In this document: positions 16,713-20,000 of the stretch, piece after piece | Layout of the letters: every line of letters begins with the position of its first letter | Numbering within the stretch: the stretch's first letter is position 1 | Origin: an uncultured virus (IMG/VR IMGVR_UViG_3300016472_001095) | Taxonomy: Duplodnaviria > Heunggongvirae > Uroviricota > Caudoviricetes | IMG/VR virus record: IMGVR_UViG_3300016472_001095 | Direction: 5' to 3' (one strand) | Length of the DNA: 20,000 nt | Program-made: the position numbers and the translations under genes | The notes under the pieces: generated by a model | Told to the model about the DNA's origin: nothing | What the model saw: the letters and a program-made list of their open reading frames with translations, nothing else | The model's database searches: none

Positions 16713-17039
16713 ATGAATAGCACATTGCTAGAACCGACGGTTCGCAAGAACCCGGCCAACCGAGAGGGCGCCGCCAAGACCTCTCGCGAGGTGACCCCTC
16801 GCTTGGTTTGTATTATCACCGGTAAGTCCCGTCTTACCAACGCCAAGTACTTGGCTTCGAAGCCCCAGGGTTTCGTGACTAACTATATCAGCCGCCCGGC
16901 CCTCAAGCTCTTGCGCGCTGGTAAGAACGTCCAACAGGTTCGTTCCGAGCTTGGTGTGACGGAATCCCTTCCGGCGATTACCGATAGCGCCCTCCAGAAC
17001 GCTATCAAGATCAACGGTAAGTGGTCCAAACAGAGCTAA
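16713..17039 (+). CDS. GC-rich basic protein, paralogue of 3686-3985, possible HTH
   Basis: TPRLVCIITGKSRLT...NYISRPALKLLRAGKNVQQVRSELG; about 57% GC by hand count; own promoter and terminator. Confidence 0.88.
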   Translation: MNSTLLEPTVRKNPANREGAAKTSREVTPRLVCIITGKSRLTNAKYLASKPQGFVTNYISRPALKLLRAGKNVQQVRSELGVTESLPAITDSALQNAIKINGKWSKQS

Positions 17040-17084
17040 TTAATTTAGCTTAAGAAGAGCCTGAGATAACAATAATATAACAAC

Positions 17085-17137
17085 GAAATCCCGTACCGAG
17101 TTTAGCTCTTCTTATCGGTACGGGATTTCTATTTTTT
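17085..17137 (+). terminator. Rho-independent terminator with a 15-nt loop
   Basis: Perfect 15-bp stem GAAATCCCGTACCGA(17085-17099)/TCGGTACGGGATTTC(17115-17129), followed by TATTTTTT. Confidence 0.85.
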
Positions 17138-17155
17138 AGATAATATAATAAAACT

Positions 17156-17377
17156 ATGAAAAGCTATAAGCATGAGGAACTTGTAGATAAAAAAGTTTTA
17201 TTTTCTAATACCGCTACAAATAAATTTCTAATTCAAGAAGGTAAAATTAATGAGTTTTCACCTTCTGGTAAGTGTGTTAAAATTAATTACGAATGGTATT
17301 TGCTAGAAAAGCTAGCATTTCACGAAATATTTTCTGACGAAGAACGACCCGGGTTAAAGTTTGTTGTTAAAAATTAA
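17156..17377 (+). CDS. Hypothetical protein
   Basis: 73-aa ORF; TATAAT (17144-17149) 6 nt before ATG, no clear -35. Confidence 0.75.
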   Translation: MKSYKHEELVDKKVLFSNTATNKFLIQEGKINEFSPSGKCVKINYEWYLLEKLAFHEIFSDEERPGLKFVVKN

Positions 17378-18042
17378 CCTTCTGTTCCGGTGGTCAACCT
17401 ATCACCATTTTCGCAACATATTATATAACCCGGGCCGGTGGGGTGTGTGTTCCCTGAATCAGTAATAATATATTGATTTTTTCTAGCATATTGGAAGGTA
17501 ATAGTTTGACCTGCTTTCATAACTACAAGATAAGAAGACCCAGGTTTAAATGAAGTAATTAGATTACCAAGTTGATTAACTGGATTATAAACACCGTTTT
17601 GGTTAAAATAAAGACTTGGATTCTTTACAGCACCATCGTCCGTACCATCATAAGTGCCATATATAACTCTTATCTTATTTAAATTTTCTACTCCAAAAAT
17701 ATCTGTAAACGCTGCAGATAAAGCATTTTGATCGACTGTTACAAAATTTAATCCAGGTGTTAAAGTATATGTAGCAGGAAATACTAAACTATTATCATTT
17801 TGTATGGTTATTAATGCTGAATTATTAATGATATAAGCGGAACCAGGTTCAAATGTAGTAAACAATTGAAGAGGATTTCCTGGCAAATAGGAAATAATAG
17901 TATTGTTAAGAGTAGTAAAAGCCGTTAAGGCATCACCAAAAGTGAGAAGAGATAATGAAGTTGCATTATTATGGGTGTAATAATATCTTCCTGCCTTAGC
18001 ATTAGGATTATTCGTAGGTAGAGAAAAGTTAACTGCTGGCAT
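17374..18042 (-). CDS. Putative virion structural protein with an internal duplication
   Basis: FTTFEPGSAYII and ITSFKPGSSYLV repeats; TAAATA at 18048-18053, 5 nt before ATG. Confidence 0.75.
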   Translation of the reverse strand: MPAVNFSLPTNNPNAKAGRYYYTHNNATSLSLLTFGDALTAFTTLNNTIISYLPGNPLQLFTTFEPGSAYIINNSALITIQNDNSLVFPATYTLTPGLNFVTVDQNALSAAFTDIFGVENLNKIRVIYGTYDGTDDGAVKNPSLYFNQNGVYNPVNQLGNLITSFKPGSSYLVVMKAGQTITFQYARKNQYIITDSGNTHPTGPGYIICCENGDRLTTGTEG

Positions 18043-18080
18043 ATAATTATTTATTCGCAGCTGTACAATATTTTTTAATA

Positions 18081-18386
18081 TTATACTAAATCTGCAACTT
18101 TTTTGTCTAGCTTAGATACTAAAAAAGAAAGTTTAAAAGGTTTTACCTTTAACCCGTCGTCAAAGTTTCTTACAAACATATTTCCTTTTTCCGGAAGTTT
18201 ACCTCTATAGGTAAGAATCTTTTTTCCCCTCTTAACTTTAAATGTAGCCTCGTTAGGCAATACACTTACATAAATAATATTCCTAATCGATTCTATAATT
18301 GAGTTAGCAATGGGACATTTTCCTGGGTTAGTTTGTTCACCGTTCTTAATATTCTTTTTAGTTATTCTTAACTCCACCTTTTTCAT
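18081..18386 (-). CDS. Hypothetical basic phage protein
   Basis: ITKKNIKNG...CPIANSI...LP.....FV..FD.G..VKPF; TAAATA at 18392-18397, 5 nt before ATG. Confidence 0.8.
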   Translation of the reverse strand: MKKVELRITKKNIKNGEQTNPGKCPIANSIIESIRNIIYVSVLPNEATFKVKRGKKILTYRGKLPEKGNMFVRNFDDGLKVKPFKLSFLVSKLDKKVADLV

Positions 18387-18451
18387 ATAATTATTTAGTC
18401 GAAAAATCTATATTTTTATTAAAAAACTATTCAAAAGACATAAATATTATT

Positions 18452-19075
18452 ATGAATAAAGACAGTCATTTGATGTTCGAAAAATACGTTGAATCGCGTG
18501 TTGCAAAATTAATTGTAGAATCACAAATGCCTGTTCCCGCTGAAGATCAGCAAGGTCTTCAAAACTCTAATCAAGCATTAGATGCTGCAAATGCGAAAAG
18601 AATACTTGAAATTTTAGAGATAGTTAAAAAAGACCCAAGGCTCCCTGTTAAATTTGCTCTTTCTCCAGAAGAATTCGCTAGTGTAATTGATTGGGCAAAA
18701 AGCAAATTTGGAGGATCGGCTCCTGTAGAGAATGAAGAAGGTGGTGATATGGGCGGTGAAGCAGCTGCTTCTCCTGCTACAATGGGTGAAGCTGTTGAAA
18801 AAGCAGAAAAAGATTTAGAAGCAGCTAAAAATTTAAAACCTAAATCAGAAGAAACAGAAGAAGAATATCTAGCACGAAGAGATTCTGCAATTAAAGCTGC
18901 AATAGCAGCAAAAGAAGAAGCTGAAGAACATATGGCAATGCAGTCACATTATAATACTCAAAATCATGCATTAGATCTAATTGACGGTCTTCTTAAGAGT
19001 CCTAAAAAATATCAAAAAGCTGATACAATAAAAATTCTTTCTCTTGCTCTAGATAAGTTAAACGGTAAAGCTTGA
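18452..19075 (+). CDS. Acidic helical late protein, possibly head-internal or scaffold-like
   Basis: TAAATA at 18441-18446; Glu/Ala-rich; hydrophobic-x-Glu sites near the N-terminus resemble T4 gp21 cleavage sites (inference). Confidence 0.6.
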   Translation: MNKDSHLMFEKYVESRVAKLIVESQMPVPAEDQQGLQNSNQALDAANAKRILEILEIVKKDPRLPVKFALSPEEFASVIDWAKSKFGGSAPVENEEGGDMGGEAAASPATMGEAVEKAEKDLEAAKNLKPKSEETEEEYLARRDSAIKAAIAAKEEAEEHMAMQSHYNTQNHALDLIDGLLKSPKKYQKADTIKILSLALDKLNGKA

Positions 19076-19099
19076 ATTTAAGTTACCCTATATTATAAT
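19072..19099 (+). promoter_or_regulatory. Sigma70-type promoter
   Basis: TTGAAT(19072-19077)-N16-TATAAT(19094-19099)-N6-ATG. Confidence 0.75.
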
Positions 19100-19105
19100 A
19101 GGGAT

Positions 19106-19264
19106 ATGTCACAAGAAAAACCTGTAGTTAAAAAGTTAAAGTGTGGAGGCTGGGGCATCTATACTATTGATGTAAAGACCAAACAGCCTGCACAGACCGG
19201 TTATATTGGATCAAATTTGACTTTAGAATGCTGGTTACCTGAAGGCGCTATTGTAGAGAAATAA
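19106..19264 (+). CDS. Small hypothetical protein (52 aa)
   Basis: Below the track cut-off: MSQEKPVVKKLKCGGWGIYTIDVKTKQPAQTGYIGSNLTLECWLPEGAIVEK; fills the gap exactly and has a promoter. Confidence 0.75.
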   Translation: MSQEKPVVKKLKCGGWGIYTIDVKTKQPAQTGYIGSNLTLECWLPEGAIVEK

Positions 19265-19672
19265 TTATCCAAATACTATAACGTACCCTCTAGTAATATC
19301 ATTATAACTTCCTCCGGGCCGACCTCCTCCAACCGTAAAAGAAGTAGAAGAGGGTTCGCCCGATTCATAGCACCCATAAGTTCCGCCATCATTTCTTACG
19401 CTAGTCGCTATTCCATATCCTCCAGGAACTGGGTTTTTAAAGTAAAAAGTATATGTGCTATTTTGACCTTTAGCACCGGAAGAGATATTATAAGATCCTC
19501 CTATAGCTAACCCTCCGGATCCATCAAATCTTACCCATGCTTTTATAAATTGATTTCCGGCAGTTAAATTAGCTAAAGTAGTTTTATATGTTGTAGCTCC
19601 GTTTGAATAAACTAAAAGATCACTATTATTAGGTGAGTTAAAAGGAAGCTGATTAATTGTAACGTCTGCCAT
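19265..19672 (-). CDS. Short tail fibre-like protein
   Basis: N-terminus MADVTINQLP; IKAWVRFDG.....IGGSYNISS......YT.YF fibre C-terminal motif; AGGAGA upstream. Confidence 0.75.
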   Translation of the reverse strand: MADVTINQLPFNSPNNSDLLVYSNGATTYKTTLANLTAGNQFIKAWVRFDGSGGLAIGGSYNISSGAKGQNSTYTFYFKNPVPGGYGIATSVRNDGGTYGCYESGEPSSTSFTVGGGRPGGSYNDITRGYVIVFG

Positions 19673-19673
19673 T

Positions 19674-20000
19674 TTATTTTTCTCCTAATATATCTGGCCA
19701 TATAGATTTTATTTCTTCTGGGGTATTGCCAATTATCTCTATATTTGTAACATCTCTTAAAGCTCTCTTTTTTTCTACAATTTTTTGTTTTTCTATTTCA
19801 TTATTTTGTTCCAAAGCTAACATAAACTCTTTATCTAGTTTTTCTAAAATAAATTCTCTTTTTTGTCTCCATTTATTCTTCCATAATATTTTAGCTCTTT
19901 CAGAAACAAATACAGCTCCAATTTCTTTATTAAAATTGTAAGCATCAAAAAAGTCAAAATCTATGTCTAATTTGCTAACTATTTTATATTCTGTATTTGC
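19674..20000 (-). CDS. Tail fibre assembly chaperone-like protein, 3' part
   Basis: Not in the ORF track; open from the edge: ...WRQKREFILEKLDKEFMLALE...KKRALRDVT...TPEEIKSIWPDILGEK, stop 1 nt before the next ATG. Confidence 0.8.
   Translation of the reverse strand, partial: ANTEYKIVSKLDIDFDFFDAYNFNKEIGAVFVSERAKILWKNKWRQKREFILEKLDKEFMLALEQNNEIEKQKIVEKKRALRDVTNIEIIGNTPEEIKSIWPDILGEK

Noticed and set aside
16660..17140. GC-rich gene as an insertion element or assembly contaminant
   Set aside because: No transposase, terminal repeats or target duplication; it uses the same 16-nt-spacer promoter style and has a paralogue in the window.
1075..19941. Short nested, antisense or alternate-frame ORFs (1075, 1886, 5900, 6878, 7072, 7136, 8964, 9104, 14831, 16389, 16664, 16728, 19726)
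   Set aside because: They overlap better-supported genes and have no promoter or motif support.
1..20000. Stop-codon reassignment
   Set aside because: Genes tile densely under code 11, TAA, TAG and TGA all end genes at sensible junctions, and no suppressor anticodon was seen. The Ser tRNA has anticodon UGA and reads UCA.

Overview
AT-rich segment of a large T4-like (myovirus-type) phage genome using the standard genetic code. It contains: (i) short early-type hypothetical genes, most with a TTG-N19/20-TATAAT sigma70-type promoter ending 5-6 nt before the start codon; (ii) late-type genes preceded by TAAATA at an almost fixed 5 nt from the start codon, including three mucin-like Pro/Thr/Ser-repeat proteins, a trypsin-like (Nal1-type) protease coupled to one of them, tail-fibre-like proteins, a GT11 glycosyltransferase and an FkbM methyltransferase; (iii) a tRNA cluster (Leu-UAA, Ile-UAU, Arg-UCU, Ser-UGA and a chimeric Leu/Tyr pseudo-tRNA) in which every member has a non-canonical feature; (iv) two GC-rich genes that avoid all four codons served by the phage tRNAs, one being a paralogue of an AT-rich gene that uses all four. 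Other points of interest are an orphan Xre/MbcA/ParS-type antitoxin domain, DNA-level sharing of PT-linker sequence between adhesin-like genes, and a pseudoknot-capable terminator. All protein family calls are from motif recognition by eye; no database searches were run.
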